From the IMG/VR virus record IMGVR_UViG_3300025000_000089: a DNA stretch of 64,000 bases. One strand, given 5' to 3'. Position 1 is the stretch's first letter. Each line of letters opens with the position of its first letter. The stretch comes from an uncultured virus (IMG/VR IMGVR_UViG_3300025000_000089). Its lineage: Duplodnaviria > Heunggongvirae > Uroviricota > Caudoviricetes. Shown piece by piece: positions 46,104-57,199 of this stretch. Below the pieces are notes generated by a model. It ran no database searches. It worked only from the letters and a program-made list of their open reading frames with translations, and was not told where the DNA came from. The translations under genes were made by a program, and so were the position numbers.

Positions 46104-48064
46104 GTACTTACGCACAATCCATCGACTTCCTGCTATCCCAAGTGCGGACCTCTGCGGGCGCTTTGACTGGCGGATCAGTCTACGCCTACGCAGCCGGGAC
46201 CGACGAGCTGAAAATCATCTGGCTCGACAGGGCGAAGACCATCCAGGCGGCGAACCCCTACACGCTCGACGGCAACGGGACGGCGGCACTCTTTGGGGAT
46301 GGTTTGTACCGGATCCTGATCAAGACGAGCGCGGGCGTTACCGTCTACGACCGCGACAACATACAGGTAGTGGACCCTGCGAGCGGAGTAGATGACGCAA
46401 TCGCCGCCGCCGTGTCTGTCTACGTGGTCGGATATACCACCGGCTGCGACACTCTCGCCGCTGCAGTGGCTACGATTGGCAGCACCCGGGCAACGCTGCA
46501 ATTCGGCGCGGACTTGACGATAGCGGGGAACATCTCCATTCCCTCCAACATCGAACTGCTACCGGTCAACGGGGCGAAGATCAATCACGGCGCGTACACG
46601 ATTGCCTACCTTGGCAGCACCGCCCGCTGGCCGCTCGCACAGATATTCAACGGGACCGGTGCAATCACCTACGGACCCAATACGCCGTGGGATCACCCTG
46701 AATGGTACGGCGCAGTAGCCGACGCAGCGACGGACGGCAGCGGGACGGACTCGACGGTTGCACTGCAGAAATCGTTCAACTGCGCGACGCCGACGAAGCT
46801 CTCTTCCGGTAATTACCTGTTCAGCAACCTCACCCTCCCGACGCTCAAGACGGTGGTAGGTACCGGCATCCACTCGACCAACCTGATCGCCAAAACGGGC
46901 AGCACAGGGACCGCGATAACTGAGCAGGGATATGCGGCGAAGATCACCCTGCGCGAGTTTGCCGTCTACGGGCGCGACCAGGCTTACACGGGCGGGCTGA
47001 AACTCGGATACACGCTTGGCGGCACTGGCGTTTTCGGTACTGAGGGGCTGATAGATAACGTGTGGGTGCGCGACTTCCCCGCGGGCTTCCCCGGTATCGA
47101 CATCAACGCCAACGTGGGACAGTTCGGGCGCATCATGGCACAGTCTACGGGCGGCGTACAAATCATCGGAACCGGTAACATGGTCGGGCATGTGGAGTCG
47201 ATGCAGAGCAGGGGATTCACCGTCACCCGCTACGACGCGACTACCTTGCAAGCCGCGTGCAACTTTCAGGACACGCAAATCGGCGCGATTGAGGTCGAGG
47301 CGACGGATGAGGGCGTGGTTCCGATCTACTTCAGCGGCAACACGCACATCTCAAGCGTGTATCTGGCACCGACCGCAGGAGCAACGCACCCGCACCTGAT
47401 CGAAATGGACCCCTCTTCAACCACGTGGAAGATCGACAACCTGAAATTCTACTTTCACGTAGGTGACGCGCCGATCATCACGAACGGCAACATCAAATCA
47501 GGCTCCACCTATTTCGGCGGCAACGCATCGGGCAAGAGCTACGCGGGGCAGGGTAACTACTCCTCTGACATGTGGCTGGCGGGAAACACGTTCGCCGTTG
47601 CCAACCAGAAGCTGCAGAGTTTCGTGCTGTCGATCGCCAACAACACCAGCACGCTTCAGCATCGGTTCCAAGACACCTATGGCACCGGGGCGGCCACTCT
47701 TGACGATATGATCACCGACGCGGCCTACGCATGGAACAACACGCCGACAGGGACCGACGCGAGCACGGCTTTCGTAGCCGGCGGGAAGATAGGATCTGCG
47801 TCAACCAACACGTTTTGGCTCGACACGCCAAACGCGCAGATCACGGCCAACTGTCTGACCATGGCAGCGGTGCAGCTCAACTCCTGCGGCACGGCGCTAA
47901 CGGTGGTGCCGGCGATCTACGCGATAGACGTCAACGGAACATCGAAAGCGCGCCTCTGCCTGCAATTTTATAATGCTGCGACCGGCGCGGCGTATCCGCT
48001 GACCACTGCCAATATCGCGGATGGGAAGACAATCCAAGTGCTGTTCATGGGCTTTCTGCGATAA
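46100..48064 (+). CDS. Tailspike with a different receptor-binding body
   Basis: First ~188 aa nearly identical to 7928-10030, unrelated after QIFNGTGA. Confidence 0.8.
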   Translation: MSTYAQSIDFLLSQVRTSAGALTGGSVYAYAAGTDELKIIWLDRAKTIQAANPYTLDGNGTAALFGDGLYRILIKTSAGVTVYDRDNIQVVDPASGVDDAIAAAVSVYVVGYTTGCDTLAAAVATIGSTRATLQFGADLTIAGNISIPSNIELLPVNGAKINHGAYTIAYLGSTARWPLAQIFNGTGAITYGPNTPWDHPEWYGAVADAATDGSGTDSTVALQKSFNCATPTKLSSGNYLFSNLTLPTLKTVVGTGIHSTNLIAKTGSTGTAITEQGYAAKITLREFAVYGRDQAYTGGLKLGYTLGGTGVFGTEGLIDNVWVRDFPAGFPGIDINANVGQFGRIMAQSTGGVQIIGTGNMVGHVESMQSRGFTVTRYDATTLQAACNFQDTQIGAIEVEATDEGVVPIYFSGNTHISSVYLAPTAGATHPHLIEMDPSSTTWKIDNLKFYFHVGDAPIITNGNIKSGSTYFGGNASGKSYAGQGNYSSDMWLAGNTFAVANQKLQSFVLSIANNTSTLQHRFQDTYGTGAATLDDMITDAAYAWNNTPTGTDASTAFVAGGKIGSASTNTFWLDTPNAQITANCLTMAAVQLNSCGTALTVVPAIYAIDVNGTSKARLCLQFYNAATGAAYPLTTANIADGKTIQVLFMGFLR

Positions 48065-48073
48065 GGGGGGATT

Positions 48074-48508
48074 ATGACCAGAGAAGAAGCCTGTAAGAAA
48101 CTCCACGAAGCCGCCCACGCCGAATTGGGCGTGCAAGAGGTAGCGGGTGAAGGCGACAATCCGCGCATCCTCGAATATGCCGCGTTCACCACTCTCCGCG
48201 CCCGTAAGGATTCGGTCCCATGGTGCGCGTCGTTCGCAAACTGGGTCTGCAATGCGGCGGGGATGAAAGGTACCGGATTTGCCAACGCACGCTCTTTCCT
48301 TGATTGGGGGGTAAAGCTTGACAAGCCCATTCTCGGCTGTGTGGTGGTCTTGAAGCGTGGCAAGCCGCCCGCTGGTCATGTCACCTTCTGCGACCATCCC
48401 GACATCAGCAACGGCATTGTGCGCTGCGTGGGAGGCAACCAGGGGGATAAGGTCCGCGTCTCCCGCTACCCCATTTCGGACGTTCTCGGCTACAGGAGCC
48501 CGATATGA
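48074..48508 (+). CDS. TIGR02594-family (NlpC/P60-CHAP-like) endolysin
   Basis: ELGVQE..G..DNPRILEY..PWCASFANW..ARSFLDWG..GHV.F..GGNQGD.V. Confidence 0.85.
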   Translation: MTREEACKKLHEAAHAELGVQEVAGEGDNPRILEYAAFTTLRARKDSVPWCASFANWVCNAAGMKGTGFANARSFLDWGVKLDKPILGCVVVLKRGKPPAGHVTFCDHPDISNGIVRCVGGNQGDKVRVSRYPISDVLGYRSPI

Positions 48509-49065
48509 TAAAAACCTGCGCCACTCTCTGCGCTGCCAGTTACGACGATAAAGCCGATGGTTTTACTACCGTGGGCGACTTGCGGTATGGCGTTTTCGAT
48601 ACTGATCACGGCACCATCGTCTGCATCCGTGGCACCGCCAACCTCGACAATTGGCTGACGGATGCTCGATTCTTCCCCGCTCGCTCTTGTGGTGGCTATC
48701 TCGCTCACAAGGGCTTTGTCAGGGCATACCGTGAACTCTGCACAGGCGGGATGCCAACCGCCAAAAACGCCAACGTGATAGCTACCGGTCACAGCCTCGG
48801 CGGGGCGCTGGCAACGCTGCTAGCGGAGCATACTGGCTGCAAAGTGGTCACTTTCGGAAGCCCTCGCGTGTACTGGCGATTTGGCCGCGCTCCCGCTCTG
48901 GACCACATCCGCGTCGTGAGGGACGATGACCCTGTGCCGGAAGTGCCAAAATTCCTCTACAGCCACAGGTGCGAACCGGTGACGCTGAGGGATGGCGATT
49001 CGCGGCTGATACAGGTCAAAGATCACTTTATGGCTGGCTACGTCAAGGCCGTTCAGCATACTTAA
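48505..49065 (+). CDS. Class 3 lipase
   Basis: Near-identical to 10696-11256; GHSLGG. Confidence 0.9.
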   Translation: MIKTCATLCAASYDDKADGFTTVGDLRYGVFDTDHGTIVCIRGTANLDNWLTDARFFPARSCGGYLAHKGFVRAYRELCTGGMPTAKNANVIATGHSLGGALATLLAEHTGCKVVTFGSPRVYWRFGRAPALDHIRVVRDDDPVPEVPKFLYSHRCEPVTLRDGDSRLIQVKDHFMAGYVKAVQHT

Positions 49066-49144
49066 CCCTTCCCCTCGCCCTTTGGCAAAGCGGGCGCTCT
49101 CCCTCCTAGCGCCCGCTGTCTTTTTTGCTGCATTCGCACACGGT

Positions 49145-49891
49145 TTAAATCGCCATCAGTTCGCAAAGTATCCCACACTCACCCATTATCATTTTGTCTT
49201 TCCTCCCTGCTGCCGGGTCCAACTCATCCAGGTACGTCCCGTTGATACAGGATGCACCTATAGCTCTTTCCATCTCAGCCCGCGCCTTGAACACTAGCGG
49301 AAAGTCTCGGCGTATGCGGTTCCAGTACCCCATACGCCCCTTCACACACCCGATACAGTTGTTATTTTGATATCCCTTCTCATACATAATGGGGCGCTTG
49401 ATGCCGCTAGCGCGAAGTATTTCATGTGCGTGTTCCTTGGTTATGTTGGCATCTATCAGTGGACAAATGTGTTCCTGGTTCGGCATACTAACTATCAGCC
49501 CATGATCGGGATCATCTCTGCGTTTCCTCTCATTGCAATCCATCCCCCACACATACCTCAACTTCACGTCAAGCGGCTGCTCGTATTCCCAGCGTTTCCG
49601 CACGTCACGCTTAAGCATTCCCGTGCAAGACGCACCCGCTATCCCGTTTATGTATCGCCTGGACATGCAAGCGGCTTCAACGGTTTTGTATGGGGATTGC
49701 AGTATCTCAATGGGCTTGCCGAACCATTGTTCGTAATCCCTTACAAACCGTATGCTGTCCTCGTGCTGGTCGTCTATGTGCGTGTAAATCACGCGGTCAA
49801 CCTGATCTATCGCTAGTTTTGTCGCTACGGCAGAGGAAACCCCTGCACTGAACCATGCCACCGTCAGCTTAGTGGAACCCGTCATCTCCAT
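49145..49891 (-). CDS. PAPS-reductase-like PP-loop protein
   Basis: VAWFSAGVSSAVA, CTGMLK, NNNCIGCVKG, ECGILC. Confidence 0.75.
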   Translation of the reverse strand: MEMTGSTKLTVAWFSAGVSSAVATKLAIDQVDRVIYTHIDDQHEDSIRFVRDYEQWFGKPIEILQSPYKTVEAACMSRRYINGIAGASCTGMLKRDVRKRWEYEQPLDVKLRYVWGMDCNERKRRDDPDHGLIVSMPNQEHICPLIDANITKEHAHEILRASGIKRPIMYEKGYQNNNCIGCVKGRMGYWNRIRRDFPLVFKARAEMERAIGASCINGTYLDELDPAAGRKDKMIMGECGILCELMAI

Positions 49892-49987
49892 CACTGTTAG
49901 ACCTCCATGCGGCAGTAAGGACAATTGCACAAAAAACGACTATGGATAAATCTTTGAAAGCTTGAGGAAGGTCTACACTGGCAATTA

Positions 49988-50170
49988 TCACCCCTCCCCC
50001 CCTATCGTCCGCACCTTAATAAACTCCGTCACCGTCACCCCTGCCGCTTTCGCCCTCTGCCGCAGCGTCTCATGCTCATGATCCGTCACGCGTATGGACA
50101 TTTTATGCGTGGGGATTTCCTTGGGACGGCCTGCACCGTCGCGCTTGCCGCCTGAACCTTTACCGCCCAT
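49988..50170 (-). CDS. Ribbon-helix-helix protein
   Basis: Near-identical to 11316-11498. Confidence 0.75.
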   Translation of the reverse strand: MGGKGSGGKRDGAGRPKEIPTHKMSIRVTDHEHETLRQRAKAAGVTVTEFIKVRTIGGEG

Positions 50171-50182
50171 TTTGCACTCCTC

Positions 50183-50428
50183 TTAAACCATCTCAGCGAG
50201 TAGTTTCTCGGCATCGTCGCGGGAAACCATCTTGCTTCGTTGCTGGTAGACGTGGAAGAAGAAGTCAGTGGCTGTCTCTGCCAGTTTCTCGCCCGTGCGC
50301 GTGTCTACGTCGCGCTGAGTCGCCTCTACCGTGGTTGGGGTCAGTATTCCGTCAACCATGCGCGGGCCAGTGAACTTGAAATAACCCCCTGCCTTCGTTG
50401 CCTTTTTCACCATCTCTGATGTGGTCAT
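50183..50428 (-). CDS. Hypothetical protein in the DUF2786 slot
   Basis: Same upstream region as 11488-12060, unrelated coding sequence. Confidence 0.55.
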   Translation of the reverse strand: MTTSEMVKKATKAGGYFKFTGPRMVDGILTPTTVEATQRDVDTRTGEKLAETATDFFFHVYQQRSKMVSRDDAEKLLAEMV

Positions 50429-50536
50429 GTCCCCCCCCCCCCCGTTCTGCCTTAGTTGTCCCTCACTCTTGAAACAACTGTACACCCGCCCTTTTGCTTT
50501 GTCCAGTCAATAATCAAAAGAAAGTAAAATATTTTC

Positions 50537-50851
50537 TCAGCTATTCATCGCCACCGCCGCCGCGTAAAGTCTCGCCTTTCCCTGCTTGTCCATTTTCCCG
50601 ACCTCCTCGGAGAGTAGCTTATCTATCCCCTCCTGCTGATCGGGAGCTAATTGGAAGAACTCGGAGGGGGCGCAGGCGAAGACTTCGCAGAGGCGGGTGA
50701 GGGTGGAGCCACTGAGGCCGCGCCTGCCGTGTTCCATGGCGGAAACGTTCTGCTTGACCACGCCCAGATAGTGCGCAAGCTCCTCCTGAGTGAGTCCTGC
50801 CTCAATTCTCATCCTCCGTAAATTCGCGCCAGTAACCTTATTAATTTCCAT
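50537..50851 (-). CDS. CI-like XRE repressor, unit 2 allele
   Basis: HTH GLTQEELA..GVVKQNVSAME; C-terminal half nearly identical to unit 1. Confidence 0.85.
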   Translation of the reverse strand: MEINKVTGANLRRMRIEAGLTQEELAHYLGVVKQNVSAMEHGRRGLSGSTLTRLCEVFACAPSEFFQLAPDQQEGIDKLLSEEVGKMDKQGKARLYAAAVAMNS

Positions 50852-50889
50852 GTGACCCTCCACATGCTGAAAGTGACCGTCTTATAAGC

Positions 50890-50985
50890 ATATTGTAACC
50901 AACGTCTAACCGTTGTCAAAGAAAATTCGCAACAGATGATAAAATGTTGTTGACAGGTAACCACGAAAAGGTTACAAGGTTACGC
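50890..50985. promoter_or_regulatory. Divergent promoters and operator, unit 2
   Basis: TTGACA at 50950 (+) and ~50914-50919 (-); GTAACC-N7-GGTTAC at 50957-50975; extra half-sites at 50895 and 50978. Confidence 0.7.
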
Positions 50986-51025
50986 AACAGAAATGATTTG
51001 AAGGAAATAACGAAAGGGGCACCGT

Positions 51026-51181
51026 ATGAGCTTTGAAAAAATAGAAACAACGGGAATATGCCTTTGCATGGCAGGCATCGCTTGGATATGGCTCCCGTCA
51101 TTCGCAGCTGGCTATGTCACTGGCTATCTAGCCCATACGGTGATCCGAAAATGGGCCGAGCCAAGAAACGCAGAAATATAA
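51026..51181 (+). CDS. 51-aa membrane protein
   Basis: RBS AAGGGG; GICLCMAGIAWIWLPSFAAGYVTGYLA hydrophobic segment. Confidence 0.5.
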   Translation: MSFEKIETTGICLCMAGIAWIWLPSFAAGYVTGYLAHTVIRKWAEPRNAEI

Positions 51182-51188
51182 AAAGGAG

Positions 51189-51395
51189 GTGATTTGGATG
51201 AAGCAGAATAAACAGGGAAAAGCAGTAACACCGCCGCCCACAGATGATGTCAGGATTACGTTTGAGGTAGAAACGCCGGAAGAGAAACGGACGCTGTTCA
51301 GGCTGGCAAAGGCCAAGGACCGCACACTTAGCAGCTACATCCGCACAATACTCCGTGCAGCAATCGCGGAAGAGGAAAAAGCACAGGCAGTCTAA
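51189..51395 (+). CDS. Cro-position ribbon-helix-helix regulator
   Basis: VRITFEV..LA....RTLSSYIRTIL; ends QAV like the unit 1 gene. Confidence 0.65.
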   Translation: MIWMKQNKQGKAVTPPPTDDVRITFEVETPEEKRTLFRLAKAKDRTLSSYIRTILRAAIAEEEKAQAV

Positions 51396-52047
51396 CCCCT
51401 CACAGGGAGGCAGTCATGGAACGCTACAACGTGATAGTGACTAGCATTTTTCCGCAACCTAGCGGATTCGGCACGGCTCGCACGGTCATCAACCCGCAGC
51501 CGCTGAGCATCGAAGCCGCAAGCGACCTTGCAACAGAACGCCGCAAACAGGGCGCAGTCGTCACCCTGGAGGCGGTCAGGATTGAGCCGCTACCTTTGGA
51601 GGAAACATGAGCAAGGACGTTTGTAAAAAGTGCGGAGGCAACAATACATATTGGCGGGAAGATAACGCCGATACTGGCATGGATGAGCATGCACTAGTTT
51701 GCCGTGACTGTGACAGGAAACCGGCTCGGCTTCCGCTTTCGTTCCGAGTGCGCGAGTGGGCCAGTATCCGGTTTGGCCGGATGTGGGGCCGAGTAATTGT
51801 TACCAGACTTTTCCGACTAGCCCGATGGTCTGCCAAGGTCGGTAAGGGCCGGTGTACCTGGTGCGGCGCAGCTCCCGGCTTCTCTTCTGCCTATGTTGGA
51901 GGTAAAGGGTTGAGGTGCAGCTCTCACGTGAGAGATTGCACAGGGGCATAACATGCGTTTCACCCGCTGGACCCTGCCGCGCTGGGCGAGAGGGGAGGTG
52001 TAAGGAAGTGTCAACGGAGTGCTATTTCGGATAGGGGGGGGTGGGAA

Positions 52048-52464
52048 GTGAGGATAATTAAATTCAGAGCTTGGGACAGACGGCACCAGAAGATGCTTGA
52101 GAACGCTGTAAGGGTTGGTGAAATCCTATATTGGGACGGTGGAAAATGCTTCACCTTCATAACTGACTTTAACACTGACCCGCCGCGCCATGAGGTCATG
52201 CAGTTTACCGAACTCCTCGACAAAAACGGCGTCGAGATATGCGAAGGGGATGTGGTGAAGGGTTCCCACCCCGTAATGAGCCGCCCTGGTCACATCGACG
52301 GAAGCGTGCGCTTCATCGGGGTAGTAGGATACGACAGTCGATGGGGTGGCTTCCGTCGCCAAGGCGTCAATCAGTATAAAGGCTTATCCGCTGCACTTAT
52401 GCACGGGGAGGAGCTTGAGGTCATCGGCAACATCCACCAACACCCCGAGCTACTTAACCCCTAA
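52048..52464 (+). CDS. YopX family protein
   Basis: IKFRAWD..MQFT.LLDKNG.EI.EGD..EVIGNIHQHP. Confidence 0.9.
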   Translation: MRIIKFRAWDRRHQKMLENAVRVGEILYWDGGKCFTFITDFNTDPPRHEVMQFTELLDKNGVEICEGDVVKGSHPVMSRPGHIDGSVRFIGVVGYDSRWGGFRRQGVNQYKGLSAALMHGEELEVIGNIHQHPELLNP

Positions 52465-54073
52465 CCCGCAGCGGTTTAACCATCAGCTCACAGGAGGTTG
52501 CTATGCAAACTTATGTAGAGGAGCAGGGACCGTTCAACGTAATCGGAGTTTACCGCGCAGAGTTCGACAAGCGCACCGTCAAGATCCTCTCCCCCAACAA
52601 CTCGCTGGCCTACGCGCAGCACATGGTGGAACTGATCAAGGGGGAACTGGCGACCAAGCAGATATGCGGCGAGGGCGGAAAGGTCATGATCGACGCCTAC
52701 CTGGAGCCCGCAGGTTGCCCGCGCCCACTCAGCCCTGAGTTGCAAGCGATGATGCACAGGGAGACAGCGCGGCGGGCAATTGAGGATGTATCACACAACA
52801 AGACCACCGAGAGAAACGCCTACATGCGCGGGGAGCTGACACGGATGGGAGTGACAGCATGAACATTCCCCACAAATGCCCCCGCTGCCAAGAGTGGACC
52901 AGTGAGAAATTCTATTGCAAGCCGTGCCGTCTCCATCTCACGCGCATCCCGTACATCGACATGCGGCGCAAGCATCAGTATTGGACGGAGCACAGCCACA
53001 CGGCGGGAGGGAGCTATTAATGAGCCAGCACTATACCCGTAACACTTCACAGGTGATGCACTATTGCTCGACGTGTCGCCGCCACACCATGCACCGCGTT
53101 GACGATAGGCGGCTAGGCTCATGCACTGAACACGGCGCATCCGGTCTGAGCAAGAAACAGGAGCAGCAATTGAAAGCGAAAGAGGAAGCAGAAAGCCAAC
53201 CTGCACTTTTCTAGACACAAGGGGAGGGATCTGTGAAGCCCTACTACCGCAGGGAGCCGACGCGCCTTGAGGAGATAGCCGAGCGCGTCAGAGTCGGCAA
53301 GAAGGTATCAGCAGAGGACATGCGATTTTATCAGGAGAGGAGGCGGCATGGAAGGGTGGAGGTCGCAACGGCGGGAAAAGGAAAAGAGGCTGGCGCGGAT
53401 ACGGTTCTGGTCAGCGTTTACGATCATCATGGTGGTTCTACTGGTTCAGAGCGCCGTACGCAGCTGCACGTTGACTGTACCGAGTGTGTCAGTATTTGAC
53501 GTGTGGGCAGATCAGCAAGGGGCGGCAAGGAGGGCGGGGAGATGAAGGTGGATAATCCGAGGTTCAGCGGGTTGACAGGTTTTCCTGTGAACTGCACTGA
53601 GTGTCCGTTTTACGGCAAAGATAACAGATGTGAAGCAGATGGTCACGGTTGTCCCACCCGCGAAACCTACGCCGAAGCCTGCCGGGTAGCGGAAGCCCGG
53701 GCGGCAGAGGAGAAGCCGGAAGCGGCAGCACCTCTTGCGGCAGACGCAACGCTTCGTGACCACTTCGCGGCGACGGCGCTCAATGCGCTTTTAACGTGGA
53801 GTAACGCGTGTGACATCTCCCCCGAAAGCCATGCGGTAACGGCTTACGGTTTAGCCGATGCCATGATGAAAGAGAGAGCTAAATGAGCTGGCTAAAAAAC
53901 CTCGCCCTCGACCACTGGCACGGATTCATGCAGGAGTTGGCCGACATCCGCGAGGAGTTCAGGGCGACGTTTCGGAGGGATGATGGGCCGCTTTGACACG
54001 CTACAGAGCCGATACGACGCGCAGGAGCCAGCGGGATACTGGGAGTCGCTTGAGGATGACAGGGAGGATGAAG

Positions 54074-54322
54074 ATGACGATGCAGGAGATTTTCGAGAAG
54101 ATCAAGCTTGAGAACGCCCGCAGCAAGGAGAAGCACGGCATGTGGCGGGATACGCCAAGGCTCGACCAAGGCAACGCCATTTATGGTGAGTTTATCGAGT
54201 GGTGGCGCGCTTATGTAGCGGGCGACATCGACGGCGAACATGGCGAAAAGGCCGAGCTGATCCAGCTAGCCAACGTCTGCATCCGACGAATCATGGCGCT
54301 GACAGGGGAAAGGGACGCATAA
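54074..54322 (+). CDS. MazG-like protein
   Basis: Near-identical to 15832-16080. Confidence 0.5.
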   Translation: MTMQEIFEKIKLENARSKEKHGMWRDTPRLDQGNAIYGEFIEWWRAYVAGDIDGEHGEKAELIQLANVCIRRIMALTGERDA

Positions 54323-55059
54323 CAACGAAGGACAAAAAAAGGAGAAATGACCATGAGGGGAACGAAAGCCAAGGCACTGAGGAGAAGCATCTACAAAGGG
54401 AAATCGACCAGGGCGAAGACGTACCAGATGGGGCACGAACCGCAGCCGTACACCAACATGCGGAAAACCGCGATGGGTACGTGGGTAGGCACGCCCAACC
54501 CCACGTGCATCTGCACCGGACTCAGGCGCGCATATCAGGACGCAAAGTCGGCGCGATAAGAAAAAGCCTCTGCCGCAAACAGAGGCCCAAACAGCAGACA
54601 GGGGAAATCATGACAAAGAAAATGGTGGAAGTCAAGAGGATGACGTTTACAGAGGCGAGTGAGAAGCTGTCTGGCATCGCGGGGAGAGAGTATCACGCTA
54701 TCAAGTTCGAGCTCACCCGCAGCCCTGGCGGATGCTTCGATAACGGCAGGGATCATAAAACGGAGTGCACGCTGTACATCAACGGCGGCAACCATATCAC
54801 CGGGGCAGACTGGGAAGAGGCGTTTATGAAGCTCGAAAACCTTAAAGCCGATCCCGCACCCGACCCGATGGAGATAGCCCCCACCGGCGACCCGACCGAG
54901 CGCGACGAGGCAACCGACGATGAACCCGACCACTAGCATCACCATCGGCACCATCGAGATATCAGCCATCAACCGCCGCCTCTGGCTATACGACCGCGCC
55001 GTAGGGATCGGGCGATTCGTGGAACTGGCAGAGGTTAGGCGAATATTGGAGGGAAAACA

Positions 55060-55539
55060 GTGAACTTACGGGAAATGACCGCAGATTTTGCCGCGTACAT
55101 GAACGCGGAGACGGACGAAGAGATAGCCGCCGCGCTTGCCGACATCACCGCTGGACAGATCGAAGAGAAGGCCGAAAACTACTGCTGGTTTCTGCGCGAC
55201 CTTGCCGGAGACATCGAGAAGTTCAAGACCGAAGAGTCGCGGCTGTCGGCGGCACGGAAGGCGATGGAGAACAAGCAGAAGCGGGTGAAGGAGTACATGC
55301 TCTCCGCGCTGGAATCCGCTGGCATCGCCAAGCTGGCCGCTGGCACGTTCAAAGTGAGCATCCAGGCGAATCCGCCCGCGCTCGACGTGATCGACGCATC
55401 ATTAACCCCTGCCGAGTACAAGGTGATCATTCCGGCGCGGGAGGAGGCAGACACGGCGCGGATAAAGGAGGTGCTGAAAAATGGCGGAGAAGTCGAAGGA
55501 TACCAACTCACCAGGGGCAGTTCCCTCCGAATCCGATGA
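55060..55539 (+). CDS. Siphovirus Gp157 family protein
   Basis: Near-identical to 16815-17294. Confidence 0.85.
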   Translation: MNLREMTADFAAYMNAETDEEIAAALADITAGQIEEKAENYCWFLRDLAGDIEKFKTEESRLSAARKAMENKQKRVKEYMLSALESAGIAKLAAGTFKVSIQANPPALDVIDASLTPAEYKVIIPAREEADTARIKEVLKNGGEVEGYQLTRGSSLRIR

Positions 55540-55609
55540 CCGGCTAGAGAACCACGACGAGCGCAGGAAGTGGAGGCGGCATAGGGTGGATGAGGACTAG
55601 GGGGAGTCA

Positions 55610-56287
55610 ATGAGCGACAAAATAGAAGTGTACAAGGCAATAGTGGCTGTTCAGGCAGCACTCGCCAAAGAGGGCATCAGCAAAGACCGCACTTGCACAC
55701 AGGGCGCGTCCTACAAGTTCCGTGGCATTGACGATGTTTACAACGCTCTCGCCCCGTTTCTCGCAGATGCGAATCTCTGCGTACTCCCCCGCATGTTGGG
55801 GCGCGACTGCGTAGAGCGACAGAGCAAACAGGGAGGGGCGCTGTTTTACACCACCGTCACCGCCGAGTTTGACTTTGTGAGCGCCATCGACGGTAGCAAG
55901 CACACCGTAGGCCCGATGTACGGCGAGGCAATGGACAGCGGCGATAAAGGGACCAACAAGGCAATGTCTGCGGCTTACAAATACGCTGCATTCCAAGCCT
56001 TCTGCATCCCGACTGAGGGCGATAACGACAGCGAAAACTCAACGCACGAAGTGAAGCCACAGAGACAGCCCCAGCGCCCCGCGCAGCAGCCGCCCAAGCC
56101 CGCGCCTCCCGCCGATTCCGCGCTTATCTCCGACGCGCAGCGGAAAATGATCTTTGCGAAAATGAAGGCGGCAGGGCTGGAGCCGGAGACGCTGAAGGCG
56201 GCGTTTAAGGTGGAGAGCTCGTCGCAGATCAAAAAGGCGCAGGTTGAGGACGTGCTGGCATGGATTGACGGACAGGCGCAGAGCTAA
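55610..56287 (+). CDS. ERF-family single-strand annealing protein
   Basis: YKFRGIDDVYNAL..GEAMDSGDK..KAMSAAYKYA..F.IPTEGD. Confidence 0.9.
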   Translation: MSDKIEVYKAIVAVQAALAKEGISKDRTCTQGASYKFRGIDDVYNALAPFLADANLCVLPRMLGRDCVERQSKQGGALFYTTVTAEFDFVSAIDGSKHTVGPMYGEAMDSGDKGTNKAMSAAYKYAAFQAFCIPTEGDNDSENSTHEVKPQRQPQRPAQQPPKPAPPADSALISDAQRKMIFAKMKAAGLEPETLKAAFKVESSSQIKKAQVEDVLAWIDGQAQS

Positions 56288-56641
56288 CGGCGGGCGATGG
56301 TCCGCAGGAGGGGTGATGGACATACCAGAGATAACAGAAGAAACCGTGGCAAGGTTGCGCGAGCAGTACCGCACTGAGCCGCTGACACCGGAGGATGTGG
56401 CTTGTTACCGCGTCAACTACGATGTCGCAGTATGGGCGCGGTCGGAGTGCAGTAACAGCATACCTTTTGGCGCGGTGCTGGCTATCGAGCGGCTGTGCTG
56501 CGAGGTGGAGCGGCTGAGCGCCAAATCCGCCCGCAGCAGGCATGAAGGCCGCATGGAAGCACTCAACGCTGTCTTTCAGATTAACGGACCGTCGCGGGCT
56601 ATTGCGCGGCTTACAGAGAAGTACGCAGCAGAGTTGAAGCT

Positions 56642-57040
56642 GTGAGGATGACCGAAGAGCAATACGTCGCACTTCTCGGCAAGCGGGCAGAACATCCAGC
56701 ACCGAAGCCGTCGAAGTACCGCAACAAGAAGGTAGTCACCGATGAGGGAACGTTTGACAGCCGACACGAATACAACGTGTGGTGCCAACGGAAGATGGAA
56801 CAGTCTGCGGGCGTCATATCGGGCCTACAGCGGCAAGTAAGTTACGAGCTGATACCTTCGGCCAACCTCGACGGTCGGAAGCTGCCAGCGGTGCGCTACG
56901 TGGCCGATTTCGTCTACCTGCGCGACGGGGAGACGGTAGTGGAAGATGCGAAGGGCATGGCGTCATTGCCGGACTTCAAAATCAAGCGGCGGCTCATGTG
57001 GTGGCTGCATGGAATCAGGGTGATAGAGACGAGGAAATAG
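56642..57040 (+). CDS. DUF1064 (PD-D/ExK) nuclease
   Basis: SKYRNKK..FDS..E..L.RQV.YELIP..YVADFVY..VEDAKG. Confidence 0.9.
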   Translation: MRMTEEQYVALLGKRAEHPAPKPSKYRNKKVVTDEGTFDSRHEYNVWCQRKMEQSAGVISGLQRQVSYELIPSANLDGRKLPAVRYVADFVYLRDGETVVEDAKGMASLPDFKIKRRLMWWLHGIRVIETRK

Positions 57041-57199
57041 CTACCAGGGGCCAACACCTCTCGCCGTCGTTGCGGCCCCTGCTACAACCGCCCTTTGGGG
57101 ATTGGCTCCACTGGGCGGTAAGTTCTTAATATCTCTTGCACTAATTACGGTTTTTGTATATAGTACGCAGAAGCCGTAACTAACGCAAAGGAGATATGC

